This document shows positions 10,127 to 20,229 of a DNA stretch of 64,000 nt, one piece after another. The translations under genes were made by a program, and so were the position numbers. The DNA comes from Nanobdellota archaeon (lineage in GTDB: Archaea > Nanobdellota > Nanobdellia > CSSed11-243R1), in the NCBI GenBank assembly GCA_021162365.1, contig JAGGYW010000013.1:8960-72959 (forward strand), in the 5' to 3' direction. The first letter of the stretch is position 1. Every line of letters starts with the position of its first letter. The notes under the pieces were generated by a model. That model was not told the DNA's origin, did not search any database, and saw only the letters and a program-made list of their open reading frames with translations.

Positions 10127-11422
10127 GTGAGTTGGATGGCAAAAGGATATTTACATTACATAAATCTTGGCTACAAGCCAAAAAAAGACGAGCTTATAGC
10201 TGTATACAAGTTTAAACCAAGGAAAGGGGTGGGTAAGAAAGAAGCAGCGGGAGCAATTGCAGCAGAATCCTCTACAGGAACTTGGACAACACTTTCTACA
10301 ATGACTTTGAAGAGAATGACAAAGATAGGTGCGAAGGTTTACAAAATGTATGGGGACTATGCAGAGATAGCATACCCGCTTGATTTATTTGAATTGGGTA
10401 ATATGCCTGAGATTCTTTCTTCTATTGCTGGAAATATTTTTGGTATGAAGGAAGTTGACACTATAAGGCTTGTTGATGTCAAGTGGCCAACGAAGTTAAA
10501 GAATTCTTTTAAGGGACCGCAGTTTGGTATAAAAGGTGTGAGGAAACTTTTAGGTGTAAAAAAGCGCCCATTAGTTGGCACTATTGTAAAGCCAAAACTT
10601 GGATTGACTTCCAAGGAGCATGCCAAAGTTGCTTATGAAGCGTGGGTTGGTGGATTAGACATAGTAAAAGATGATGAGAATTTAACATCACAGCCATTTA
10701 ACAAGTTTAAGAAAAGAGTTGAAGAAACATTGAAGCTAAAATGGAAGGCAGAAAAAGAAACAGGCGAAAGAAAAATGTATATGGCAAATGTAACAGCAGA
10801 AACAAGAGAGATGCTAAAGCGTGCAAAGTTCCTTAAGGATATGGGAAATGAATATGCAATGGTTGACATTCTTACTGTTGGGTTTGCTGGATTGCAAACT
10901 TTACGTGATGAAATGGATAAACTAAAGCTTGTTTTGCATGGCCACCGTGCTATGCATGCTGCACTTACAAGGAATCCGAATCATGGCATATCTATGTCTG
11001 TGCTTGCAGAGATTTCAAGATTGATTGGAACAGACCAGCTACATGTTGGTACCGCGGTTGGTAAGATGGAAGGCAAGAAGAAAGATATCATCTATATAGT
11101 AGATGATGTTGAAGGGAAGTTCATAAGGAAGAGGGGGCACATGCTAGCAGAGAACTGGGGAAAGATAAAACCTATGTTTGCGGTTTGTTCTGGTGGATTG
11201 CATCCAGGATTAGTTCCACCACTAGTTAAGATGTTTGGCGAGGACATAATTATTCAAGCTGGTGGAGGGGTGCATGGACATCCGAGAGGAACAAGAAAGG
11301 GTGCAACTGCAATGAGGCAAGCAGTAGATGCAACTCTGAGAGGAGTCCCACTTAGAGAATATGCAAAGACACACAAGGAGTTAAAAGAAGCAATTGAAAA
11401 GTGGGGAGTTTACAAGGGGTGA
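10127..11422 (+). CDS. rbcL: Ribulose-1,5-bisphosphate carboxylase/oxygenase, archaeal form III large subunit.
   Basis: Family signatures GAIAAESSTGTWTT, GGLDIVKDDENLTSQPF, HGHRAMHAALTR. Length 431 aa. Confidence 0.9.
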   Translation: MSWMAKGYLHYINLGYKPKKDELIAVYKFKPRKGVGKKEAAGAIAAESSTGTWTTLSTMTLKRMTKIGAKVYKMYGDYAEIAYPLDLFELGNMPEILSSIAGNIFGMKEVDTIRLVDVKWPTKLKNSFKGPQFGIKGVRKLLGVKKRPLVGTIVKPKLGLTSKEHAKVAYEAWVGGLDIVKDDENLTSQPFNKFKKRVEETLKLKWKAEKETGERKMYMANVTAETREMLKRAKFLKDMGNEYAMVDILTVGFAGLQTLRDEMDKLKLVLHGHRAMHAALTRNPNHGISMSVLAEISRLIGTDQLHVGTAVGKMEGKKKDIIYIVDDVEGKFIRKRGHMLAENWGKIKPMFAVCSGGLHPGLVPPLVKMFGEDIIIQAGGGVHGHPRGTRKGATAMRQAVDATLRGVPLREYAKTHKELKEAIEKWGVYKG

Positions 11423-12920
11423 TATAGTGTTTCAGCTGAGAGCAAAGATTGTTGATATTGAAACGGGCGGCATGCCTGTTATTTCTTTAAATGAAGATTT
11501 TGCTAAAGAAAATGATTTTCACAATATGGATAGGGTGGTAGTTAGTTTTAATGGGAAATCTCTTGTTGCAGCAGTTGATACTTCTGAAAAGATAGTTTCA
11601 AAGGAAGAGGTAGGTATATTTGAAGATGTGTGGAAAAAGTTGAAAATTAAGAATGGGGACATTGTTGAGATTACTCCAGTTGGTAAGCCGGAGTCGACAA
11701 AGTATATACGCAAGAAGATGGATAGGGAAGAACTTTTCGATAAAGAGATTAGAGCGATTGTGAAAGACATTGTTGATGAAAAGTTGACAGATGTTGAAAT
11801 GGCAGCATTTGTTGCTGCGTCATATATGGAAGGATTAAGTATGTCGGAGACGACAAGCCTAACTCGTGCAATTGTAGAAACGGGTGGTCGTTTGAAGTTA
11901 AGGAAGAAAATAATTGCGGATAAGCATTCCATTGGTGGAGTGCCCGGAAACAGAGTTACTATGGTGTTGGTCCCCATAATTGCATCTCTTGGAATCACAA
12001 TCCCAAAAACATCTAGTCGTGCTATAACTTCCCCTTCAGGTACAGCGGACACCATGGAAGTTTTAGCAAACGTTAGTTTCTCAACGGAAGAATTAACTAA
12101 AATTGTAGAAAAGACAAATGGGTGCATTGCATGGGGTGGGGCAATTAATCTTGCGGCTGCGGATGACAAGCTTATCAGAATTAGACACCCACTTTCTTTG
12201 GATCCTGAAGGTTTAATGCTCGCATCTGTTATGGCAAAGAAAGTTGCAGTTGGGGCTACTCATGTTATATTTGACTTGCCAATAGGTGAGGAAGCAAAGC
12301 TCCAATCTTTAGGTGAGGCGAGACACCTTGAGAGAGAATTTACAAAACTTGCAGAGAAATTTGGTATTAAGGTTGAAACTTTAGTGACAGATGGAAACAA
12401 CCCAATTGGCAATGGGATCGGACCCAATCTTGAAGCAAGAGATGTTCTTTGGCTTTTAAAGAACGATAGAAGGGGACCTTTAGATTTGAGGAGAAAGTCT
12501 GTCTTGCTTGCAGGTAAACTTCTCGAATTAGTTGGTTATGCAAAGGAAGGAGAAGGGGAGAAAATTGCGGATGCACAGATAGACAACGGAAAGGCGTATC
12601 AGAAGATGAAAGAGATAATTGAAGCGCAGGGTGGAAATCCAAATGTCAATCCAGAAGATTTGCATGTTGGGGAGTTTACATGTGATTATGAAGCTGAAAA
12701 GTATGGTAGAATAACAAATATGAGTAATCATGCTCTCGCGAAGATAGCAAGGGCTGCAGGCTCTCCAGTGGATAAGGAAGCAGGCATTTACATCTATAAG
12801 AAGTATGGTTCTAATGTTAAGCAAGGAGAAAAAATATTTACTGTATACTCTAAAAGTGAAAGGCGCATAGAGCGTGCTATAAAGCTTATGAAGGAATTGA
12901 ATCCTGTTACAATTGAGTGA
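11394..12920 (+). CDS. deoA: AMP phosphorylase (thymidine-phosphorylase family with N-terminal extension).
   Basis: Pyrimidine-nucleoside phosphorylase core (SIGGVPGNRVTMVLVPIIASLG, TSSRAITSPSGTADT) plus the N-terminal domain typical of archaeal AMPpase. Start overlaps the rbcL stop. Confidence 0.85.
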   Translation: MKSGEFTRGDIVFQLRAKIVDIETGGMPVISLNEDFAKENDFHNMDRVVVSFNGKSLVAAVDTSEKIVSKEEVGIFEDVWKKLKIKNGDIVEITPVGKPESTKYIRKKMDREELFDKEIRAIVKDIVDEKLTDVEMAAFVAASYMEGLSMSETTSLTRAIVETGGRLKLRKKIIADKHSIGGVPGNRVTMVLVPIIASLGITIPKTSSRAITSPSGTADTMEVLANVSFSTEELTKIVEKTNGCIAWGGAINLAAADDKLIRIRHPLSLDPEGLMLASVMAKKVAVGATHVIFDLPIGEEAKLQSLGEARHLEREFTKLAEKFGIKVETLVTDGNNPIGNGIGPNLEARDVLWLLKNDRRGPLDLRRKSVLLAGKLLELVGYAKEGEGEKIADAQIDNGKAYQKMKEIIEAQGGNPNVNPEDLHVGEFTCDYEAEKYGRITNMSNHALAKIARAAGSPVDKEAGIYIYKKYGSNVKQGEKIFTVYSKSERRIERAIKLMKELNPVTIE

Positions 12921-15588
12921 TATGATGGGAGAAAGTGCATGGCATACACTAAAGATAAAAGAAATATTTAGGGTGCTCGAGACAAGTGAGAATGGATTAA
13001 CCAGTGAGGAAGCAGAAAGAAGGCTTTCGGAGTTTGGCCCAAATGAGTTAACTAAAGAAAAAAAGAAAACCATACTCTCAATTTTTTTAAATCAGTTCAA
13101 GTCGTTTTTGATAATAATTTTAATAATTGCTGCGCTTATCTCGTTTGCAGTTGGTGAGACACTCAACTCAATTGTTATTTTAATCATACTTCTTATTAAC
13201 GCTTTTCTTGGATTCTTTCAAGAGTACAAGGCAGAAAAAGCTGTGGAAGCACTAAAGAAAATGACTGCCCCCCGAGCTCTTGTTTTACGTGATGGTGTTA
13301 AAAAAGAAATTTTTTCGCGAGAGCTTGTTCCCGGCGATATTGTTTATCTGGAGGAAGGGAAGCAGGTGCCGGCTGATGTGAGAATTATTGAGTCTCAAAA
13401 CTTAAAGGTGGATGAAAGCATTCTAACAGGAGAATCCTTGCCGGTTCTAAAAGAAGTTTGCACTCTTAAGAAGGAAGTTCCTCTTTCTGAGATGAAAAAT
13501 ATGGCTTTCTTTGGCACATATGTTACATATGGCCATGGTAAAGGTGTTGTAGTAAGAACAGGAATGGAAACAGAGATGGGTAAAATCGCTGAGCTTGTTC
13601 AGGAAACAATAGAAGAAGAAACCCCACTTAAGAGAAAATTAAACAATTTAGCTAAGCAATTGGGTTTAATTGTTCTGTTCATAATTGGACTTGTTTTCTT
13701 GCTAAATATCTATGTTCATTCTAAAGAATTAATTGAAATTTTCATTTTAGCAATTGCCATGGCAATATCTGCTGTCCCAGAAGGACTGCCTATGGTTGTA
13801 ACTTTAACATTGGCTTTGGGTATGCAGGCAATGGCAAAACAAAACGCAATTGTTAGAAAACTAATGGCTGTTGAGACGTTGGGCGCCACAACTGTAATTT
13901 GCTCGGATAAAACAGGGACCTTAACAAAAAATGAGATGACTGTGACTGAAATATATGCTAACGGTAAATTCATCGAAGTAACTGGGGCAGGATATAAACC
14001 AATTGGTAAGTTTTTACTTGATGGGAAAGAGATAAATCCATCATCAGATAAGACGTTATCTCGCCTTCTTGAGATTGGGGCACTTTGCAATAATGCTGAA
14101 ATGATTAAAGATGATGGATGGAGAGTAATTGGTGATCCCACAGAGGGAGCATTAATATCTCTTGCTGAGAAGGGAGGATTTTCGCCGGAGAAGTTAAAAA
14201 AGCAAGCCAAGTTTATCACAGAAGTCCCCTTTTCTTCTGAAAGAAAGATGATGAGTGTTGCTTATTCTAATAAGAAAGTCATTTCATATGTTAAGGGAGC
14301 TCCTGAAAAAATTATTGATAGATGCAATTTCATCTTAGAGAATGGCAAAGTAAAGAAAATTACCCCTGCAATCAAGAAACAACTCATTAAAACATCTAAT
14401 AAAATGGCTGGGAAGCCACTTAGGGTTCTTGCATTTGCATATAAGGAACTTCCAAAGAGAAAGAAATACACATTCAAGGATATGGAATATGGATTGACTT
14501 TTGTTGGATTTGTTGGTATGATTGATCCTCCACGAGAGGGCGTTAAAGACGCTATCAGAAAATGTAACGAAGCTGGAATAAGAGTGATAATGATAACTGG
14601 GGACCACAAGACAACAGCAGTTGCAATTGCAAAAGAGATTGGTATAATGAAAGAAGGTGATATTTGCATTACCGGTATGGAACTAGAAGGAATGTCTCTT
14701 AAAGAGTTAGAGGAAGTTGTTGACAAAGTTTCTGTCTTTGCGAGGGTGTCTCCTGAGCATAAAGTTAAGATTTTACAGGCGTTGGATTCCAAAGGTGAAA
14801 CAGTTGCAATGACTGGCGATGGGGTTAATGATGCTCCTGCTCTTAAGCGGGCGCATATAGGGGTTGCTATGGGTATAAAGGGAACGGATGTTGCGAAACA
14901 AGCAAGCGATATGATTTTGGAAGATGATAACTTTTCAACAATTGTAAAGGCAGTGGAAAGCGGCAGAAGAATTTATGATAATATAAAGAAGTTTGTTAGG
15001 TTTGAACTGGCGGCTAACTTTGATGAGATTGCAGTTATCTCTTTTGCAGCGATATCTGGCCTTCCACTTCCGCTTTTGCCACTTCAGCTCTTGTGGATAA
15101 ATCTTGTTACGGATACAATTCCTGCCACCACATTAGCTATCGATCCGCCTGAAAAAGATATAATGAGACGACCGCCGAGAAAGAGAAATGAAAATATGAT
15201 TTTGGATATGCTACCTTATCTTTTGGCAACAATAGTGGTATGTACTTTTGTTGATACATGGTTGTTCTTGTGGGGACTGCAATATGGAATTCAAAAGGCA
15301 AGGACCCTTGTATTTACAGGTACAGTTATGTTCCAGCTTTTCTTGGTCTTCAATATACGTTCTGAAAGAAGGCCTTTCCTAAGAACAAATCCATTTGAGA
15401 ATAAGTATTTAGTGCTTGGTGTTTTTGCATCTTTCTTATTACAACTCGCAGTAGTTTATCTTCCACCACTTCAGGCAATATTTGGGACATTCCCATTAGA
15501 TTTGATAGATTGGGTTGTTGTAATGCTCTTTGCATTAATTGCCCTTGCAATTTCGCCAATAATATTTAGGTGGAGAAAGTCTACATGA
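12913..15588 (+). CDS. P-type cation-transporting ATPase (type II, Ca2+/cation pump-like).
   Basis: DKTGTLT phosphorylation motif, TGDGVNDAPAL hinge motif, ~10 TM helices. 891 aa. Confidence 0.9.
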   Translation: MSDMMGESAWHTLKIKEIFRVLETSENGLTSEEAERRLSEFGPNELTKEKKKTILSIFLNQFKSFLIIILIIAALISFAVGETLNSIVILIILLINAFLGFFQEYKAEKAVEALKKMTAPRALVLRDGVKKEIFSRELVPGDIVYLEEGKQVPADVRIIESQNLKVDESILTGESLPVLKEVCTLKKEVPLSEMKNMAFFGTYVTYGHGKGVVVRTGMETEMGKIAELVQETIEEETPLKRKLNNLAKQLGLIVLFIIGLVFLLNIYVHSKELIEIFILAIAMAISAVPEGLPMVVTLTLALGMQAMAKQNAIVRKLMAVETLGATTVICSDKTGTLTKNEMTVTEIYANGKFIEVTGAGYKPIGKFLLDGKEINPSSDKTLSRLLEIGALCNNAEMIKDDGWRVIGDPTEGALISLAEKGGFSPEKLKKQAKFITEVPFSSERKMMSVAYSNKKVISYVKGAPEKIIDRCNFILENGKVKKITPAIKKQLIKTSNKMAGKPLRVLAFAYKELPKRKKYTFKDMEYGLTFVGFVGMIDPPREGVKDAIRKCNEAGIRVIMITGDHKTTAVAIAKEIGIMKEGDICITGMELEGMSLKELEEVVDKVSVFARVSPEHKVKILQALDSKGETVAMTGDGVNDAPALKRAHIGVAMGIKGTDVAKQASDMILEDDNFSTIVKAVESGRRIYDNIKKFVRFELAANFDEIAVISFAAISGLPLPLLPLQLLWINLVTDTIPATTLAIDPPEKDIMRRPPRKRNENMILDMLPYLLATIVVCTFVDTWLFLWGLQYGIQKARTLVFTGTVMFQLFLVFNIRSERRPFLRTNPFENKYLVLGVFASFLLQLAVVYLPPLQAIFGTFPLDLIDWVVVMLFALIALAISPIIFRWRKST

Positions 15589-17239
15589 AGTTTGGAGCAT
15601 CTATACCCAATATCCAAAGTACGTTTTTTATTGTGTTTTTATACACTTTTACAATAAGCGCCCTTGTCATTTTTTTATTTTCATCCTTCTCGCTGATTAT
15701 TGGTGATGTTTCGTAGAAGTTGTTGAAGAGGTTTGCTAATTCATATGCATAGTGGGCAATTTTATGTATACTGTAATCCCTTGCTGTGCTTTCAATTATA
15801 CTTGGAAGTTCCGCTATTTTCTTTATGAGTTCAGTTTCAATATCATTTACTAAGATGTCTTTTGGTTGTTTTATTCTACCTAACTTTTCTAATATCCTCT
15901 TGCTTCTGACATAGGTATATTGGATATATGGTGCGCTATTTCCTTCAAAGTTCAGTGCCTCATCCCATTCGAATATTACGTTTTTATCTGGACTGACTCT
16001 TAGAATAGAGTATTTAAGTGCTCCATACCCAATTACCTTTGAAAGTTTTTCTAATTCTTTTGCAGCGATGTCTGGGTTTCTTTTTAATATTTCTTCCTTT
16101 GCTTTTTCTACAGCTTCTTTCATGAAATCTGTTAATAAAACCACATTTCCTTTTCTTGTTGACATCTTCCCTTCCGGCAGAAGGATGAAAGAGTAATGGA
16201 TTACTTCTGGTGCTTTGTGGCCAAGAATGCTTAGCGCCGCTTTTATTTGTTGGAATTCCAACTTGTGATCTTCTCCAAGGACGACTATATTCTTACCCTT
16301 CTTTACTTTTTTTGCCTTGTACACATTATAGGCAATATCTCTTAGTGCATAAAGAGATGTACCATTCGCTCTTGTTAATGGTAAGTATGGTTCCCTCATT
16401 GGAAGATTGAATTCAGATAAGTCAAGGACAGTCCTTCCATCTTCTGCCTGTTTAAGTTTTCTTTTTTTCTTGAATGTTTCAAGAATGTCTTTTAGCAACT
16501 TTGATTTTAGAAATTTGCTTTCGTAGTCAAAGTAGTCGTATTTTATTCCAAGCTCTCCAAGGATTTTTGTCTGCCCCTTGACACAAATACTTACTATTTT
16601 TTCAAATTCTTTTATCGTTTTTTTATCTCCAGATTCAAGTTTTTCTAAGAGCTCAAAAATCTCCCTTTCAATTGAGGCATTTTCAATTACTTTTCTGTTT
16701 ATCTCTATGTAATGTTTTAACATATCCTCAAATTTTGGTTTTCCTTTCAACTCTTTTGTAGCATAAACAAGCATGGCAATCTGTTTCCCGACATCATTCA
16801 CGAAGTAATGGACTTCTGTTTGATGGCCATAAAATTTAAGCAATCTTGTTATTGCATCCCCGATTAGAGCATTTCTTGCCCTTCCTACATGTGGGCTTGC
16901 GTTTGGATTGATTGATGTGTGTTCTATTAATGCCTTGCCTTTCCTTTTACCTTTACCAAAGTTTGGTTTTAAAATTTCTTTTAGTGCCTTTTTAGCAAAT
17001 TTTTTGCTGTCTATGAAAAAGTTGACATAAGGTCCCATTGGAACAACTTTTCCAATTAATCCAGTTGGTTTTACTTTTTCGGCAATTTCTTTTGCAACTT
17101 CGCTTGGGTTTTTCCCCTTTGCAATTTCAAAGCAAGGAAAAGATAAGTCACCAAATTTTGGATTTGGCGGTTTCTCTAGTTTGATTTTTTTCACTCCAGC
17201 CTTTTTTAGAGCTTTTTCAACTTCCTTTTGAAATTGCAT
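15581..17239 (-). CDS. argS: Arginyl-tRNA synthetase.
   Basis: Class I HIGH-type motif (HVGRARNALIGD), anticodon-binding C-terminal domain. 552 aa. Convergent 8-nt overlap with the ATPase gene. Confidence 0.9.
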   Translation of the reverse strand: MQFQKEVEKALKKAGVKKIKLEKPPNPKFGDLSFPCFEIAKGKNPSEVAKEIAEKVKPTGLIGKVVPMGPYVNFFIDSKKFAKKALKEILKPNFGKGKRKGKALIEHTSINPNASPHVGRARNALIGDAITRLLKFYGHQTEVHYFVNDVGKQIAMLVYATKELKGKPKFEDMLKHYIEINRKVIENASIEREIFELLEKLESGDKKTIKEFEKIVSICVKGQTKILGELGIKYDYFDYESKFLKSKLLKDILETFKKKRKLKQAEDGRTVLDLSEFNLPMREPYLPLTRANGTSLYALRDIAYNVYKAKKVKKGKNIVVLGEDHKLEFQQIKAALSILGHKAPEVIHYSFILLPEGKMSTRKGNVVLLTDFMKEAVEKAKEEILKRNPDIAAKELEKLSKVIGYGALKYSILRVSPDKNVIFEWDEALNFEGNSAPYIQYTYVRSKRILEKLGRIKQPKDILVNDIETELIKKIAELPSIIESTARDYSIHKIAHYAYELANLFNNFYETSPIISEKDENKKMTRALIVKVYKNTIKNVLWILGIDAPNFM

Positions 17240-17262
17240 GATTAATCACAGGAGTTAGTTCT

Positions 17263-18066
17263 TTAAAATTGTTTTGAGATTGAGGCAACTTCTAGGATAA
17301 TTTTTGCGGCAAGATTTGTTGTTAGGTTGTTTGTGTCTTTTGACGGGTTTACTTCCACCATGTCAGAGCCAATTATGGTGAAATTCTTACCTATATTATG
17401 TAGTAAGTTCAGGGAATCCCTGCTTGAAATCCCTCCAGGTTCTATGCATCCAGTTCCTGGGGCAAATGCGGCGTCAATAAAGTCGATGTCGAATGAGATG
17501 TACACTTTGTTGGGTAGGTGTTTTTTTGCTAGTTCGATTGCCTTTTCAATCGTGAAATCCTTTGCCTGTAGGAATGGGATTTTGTTTTCAATTAGGAAGT
17601 TATATTCATCTTCACTCCAATTGCGGACCCCAATTATTACAATTGGAATTTGCATCTCAACGATTTTTGAAACAACATCCCCAAATGGGAAGTAATCTTT
17701 CTGGCAGTCTGGATGGGCGTCTAGGAATATTATTCCAAAATTTTTATGCTTTTTAGAAAATGCTTTAACAATTGGTGCGGTTACGGAGTGATTTCCGCCA
17801 ATTGATATTATTGGCTTTTTATGCTTTAGAAGCTCGGAAATTTTTTTCTCAATTTTCTCCATTGTTTTTTCGAAATCTTCTTCTTCTACCACGTCACTTA
17901 CGTCATAAATCTTGCTTTCTTTTGCATTTTCTGAGAAGTAGAAGTTATCAAATGCTTTTCTTACTTCTGCCGGTGCATCTTTGGTTCCTTTGTTTTCTGT
18001 TCCTTGATCTACAGGAAATCCTATAATGATTGCATCTGCTTCCTCAATTGTTTTGGCGAATTTCAT
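17263..18066 (-). CDS. speB: Agmatinase/arginase-family ureohydrolase.
   Basis: GGNHSVT, DAHPD, SFDIDFID Mn-binding motifs. Confidence 0.75.
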   Translation of the reverse strand: MKFAKTIEEADAIIIGFPVDQGTENKGTKDAPAEVRKAFDNFYFSENAKESKIYDVSDVVEEEDFEKTMEKIEKKISELLKHKKPIISIGGNHSVTAPIVKAFSKKHKNFGIIFLDAHPDCQKDYFPFGDVVSKIVEMQIPIVIIGVRNWSEDEYNFLIENKIPFLQAKDFTIEKAIELAKKHLPNKVYISFDIDFIDAAFAPGTGCIEPGGISSRDSLNLLHNIGKNFTIIGSDMVEVNPSKDTNNLTTNLAAKIILEVASISKQF

Positions 18067-18070
18067 ACCA

Positions 18071-18730
18071 TCATCTAAATTTTGGTAGTTTAAATTTTAT
18101 TCCTTTTGATATAAGCTTTTCAATTATTTGCCTAAACACTTTTGGCGTGCTGAAATCATGAATTAGTATAATTGCTTCTTTTGCTTTAAGGCGAGGACTA
18201 TCATCTATGCGTTTGAAGACTTTATCAATTGGGAGTTCATATTCAAGGCAATCAAATGTCCAAATCACATCTCTGTCTTTTTTATTATGCTTTAAGGGTT
18301 TTAGTAGATTTATGTCTATGTTTTTGTATCCAAGTTTCTTTAAGATTTTCTGGATTTCTCTTGCGTGTTTGTTTTTTGGTTTTACCTCTTCAAAATCTCC
18401 GTTACCTTTGTCGCCGAAGGGAAATCTAAACAATTTAACTTTCCTTTTCGCTTTTGCTTTTTTGTATGCTTCTTCAATTAGTTTGTCTGTTTCTTCTATT
18501 TGCCATTTTGCATCTTTGATCGAAATTTTTGAGAAGTAAGGGTGGTTGTAGGAGTGATTACCAATTATAAATCCTTTCTTTATTGTATACACTACAATAT
18601 TCATCTTTTTCTTAATTAGCTCTCCAGGACAGAACAGAATTGCTGATATCTTTTTTGAAATGAGGTAATCTAATTTTTTCTTTGTATATCTTGTTGGCGC
18701 ATCATCAATGGTAAGATATCCAACTGGCAT
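18071..18730 (-). CDS. Polysaccharide deacetylase (NodB/CE4 family).
   Basis: NodB signature GNHSYNHP. Asp/His-containing motifs. Confidence 0.65.
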   Translation of the reverse strand: MPVGYLTIDDAPTRYTKKKLDYLISKKISAILFCPGELIKKKMNIVVYTIKKGFIIGNHSYNHPYFSKISIKDAKWQIEETDKLIEEAYKKAKAKRKVKLFRFPFGDKGNGDFEEVKPKNKHAREIQKILKKLGYKNIDINLLKPLKHNKKDRDVIWTFDCLEYELPIDKVFKRIDDSPRLKAKEAIILIHDFSTPKVFRQIIEKLISKGIKFKLPKFR

Positions 18731-18771
18731 AATACAAAAACAATAAATAATGTAAAAAAGATTTCTATTTT

Positions 18772-19380
18772 ATGATAAAATTAATTGCTTTTGATTTGAA
18801 TGGTGTTCTCTTAAAGAGCGGGCACTTAGTTAGCGAGAATTTGATGAGTTTTGTGGAAAAGCCATACTCTTTTGTTAAGAAGCAGTATTTGAAATATAGC
18901 GTTGGTAAAATTTCACGAGAGGAGTTTTGGGGTTCTGTTGGGATGGACTTAAAAGAAGGGGAGAGGAAGTTATATGAACGGGTTAAACTAAATGTAAATT
19001 TGAATTTATTAGAAATGCTTTCTAAAAGATACACTCTTGTAATTGTTTCTAACCTGCCAAAGGAGTGGATTAAAATCCTGTTTTTTGATAGAGCCCCCAA
19101 GCTCTTTTTTAAGCATGTTATCATCTCTGGGGATGTTGGGGTAAGAAAACCAGATAGGAAAATGTATGAAAAATTGCTCTCGGAGAGTAAGGTTTCTCCA
19201 AACGAGATTGTGTTTATAGATGATAAAAAATCAAATTTAATGGTTGCACGGGATTTTGGTATGATTACAATTTGGATGAGGGGAAGGGGTGACGATGCTC
19301 CATTTGAGCCGGATTTTACTATTAGTTCTCTTGAAGAGTTGCCAAGCATTCTCAGTAACATAGAAAAAGATATTAAGTAA
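18772..19380 (+). CDS. HAD-superfamily hydrolase.
   Basis: Motif I AFDLNGVLL, later Lys/Asp motifs (GVRKPD, DDKKSN). Confidence 0.65.
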   Translation: MIKLIAFDLNGVLLKSGHLVSENLMSFVEKPYSFVKKQYLKYSVGKISREEFWGSVGMDLKEGERKLYERVKLNVNLNLLEMLSKRYTLVIVSNLPKEWIKILFFDRAPKLFFKHVIISGDVGVRKPDRKMYEKLLSESKVSPNEIVFIDDKKSNLMVARDFGMITIWMRGRGDDAPFEPDFTISSLEELPSILSNIEKDIK

Positions 19381-19401
19381 TCTCTGCATTTCCTTTTGTG
19401 C

Positions 19402-19475
19402 GGGCCGATAGCTTAACCTGGTAAAGCGCCGCCCTCGCACGGCGGAGACTCGGGGTTCAAATCCCCGTCGGTCCA
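19402..19475 (+). tRNA. tRNA-Ala (anticodon CGC). Intron-less. G3:U70 identity pair. CCA not encoded.
   Basis: Manual cloverleaf. Acceptor GGGCCGA/TCGGTCC, anticodon loop CTCGCAC, T-arm CGGGG-TTCAAAT-CCCCG. Confidence 0.85.
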
Positions 19476-19554
19476 CTAAAACCTTTTTCTTAAAAAGAAA
19501 AAGCTTTACCAAAAAGAAGGAATTGGAGAAGTCTTGAGGAAAAGAAGTTCTAGA
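19476..19554. repeat. tRNA 3' trailer carrying an AT-rich palindromic mini-hairpin (ctttttcttaaaaagaaaaag). Member of the TTTCTT..AAGAAA hairpin family seen elsewhere in the window.
   Basis: Seen in sequence. Confidence 0.4.
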
Positions 19555-20001
19555 TTATGTTACTGCTAATTCACCAGAATATTCAGTTATTATGTCAAGT
19601 AAGAATGCCGCATCCCCAAAAGGTTCTACCCTTTTTTCCTGTGCAGCTTTATGTAATGGCGTTCCTTCTTCAGCGAGGAGACTTGGATCAACGTACTCCC
19701 TTAGAACATCATAAAATGTATCTCCCCTATGTGTTTTGTAAAATATCTCGTATGTGTCCTGTAATAAGTTATCAATAGTGGAGTTTACCTCTTTTGTGAG
19801 TGATTCTTCTAATCTTGTTATGTAAGGTATAGGATAACCAATGATTTCCCAGAATTCTTTTTTAACTTTAAATATTATGCTTGAAGTGTCTGTTTTTTTC
19901 TCGATTTTGTGTACTAATGGGGGAAGTACCTCTTTATCTAGGTCGATTGCTTTTTTTCTAAGGTAGGAAGAGTCAACGTTCTTACCAGAAAGCCTTTTCA
20001 T
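19555..20001 (-). CDS. Hypothetical protein (148 aa). Possibly an all-alpha NTP-pyrophosphohydrolase-like protein (weak call) adjacent to the dNTP module.
   Basis: ORF track. Acidic helical sequence. No firm motif. Confidence 0.4.
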   Translation of the reverse strand: MKRLSGKNVDSSYLRKKAIDLDKEVLPPLVHKIEKKTDTSSIIFKVKKEFWEIIGYPIPYITRLEESLTKEVNSTIDNLLQDTYEIFYKTHRGDTFYDVLREYVDPSLLAEEGTPLHKAAQEKRVEPFGDAAFLLDIITEYSGELAVT

Positions 20002-20229
20002 TAAGTAGTTTTCAAGCTCTCTCTTCTAAATTCAGTGTATTCCTTCACCGTTTGAGATACGTTCATAATACCACTACTATCAAGTAGTGATTACGTATTT
20101 ATATATTTTTCGATAAAGTTTTCCTTCTTTTAGCAAAGCTCTTTTTAGTGCAGGTTTTCTCGTAGAGAAAAAGTGCTAAAGAAAGAAATTTTTCTCTTTG
20201 GTAAAGCTTTCTCTTTCTAAGAGAAAGGT

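Noticed and set aside
11519-12169. Numerous antisense ORFs in the track (e.g. 11519-12169, 14262-14792, 22688-23185, 44196-44504, 36502-37017) lying inside well-supported genes
   Set aside because: Low-complexity Ser/Leu/Phe-rich translations opposite confidently identified enzymes. Expected by chance in AT-rich DNA.
17239-17263. Functional coupling of argS and agmatinase with the three tRNA-Arg genes as an 'arginine island'
   Set aside because: Adjacency of argS and speB is plausible coincidence. The tRNA-Arg genes are >9 kb away and dispersed.
19402-19475. Absence of encoded 3' CCA on all six tRNAs
   Set aside because: Normal for archaea (CCA added post-transcriptionally). Not notable.
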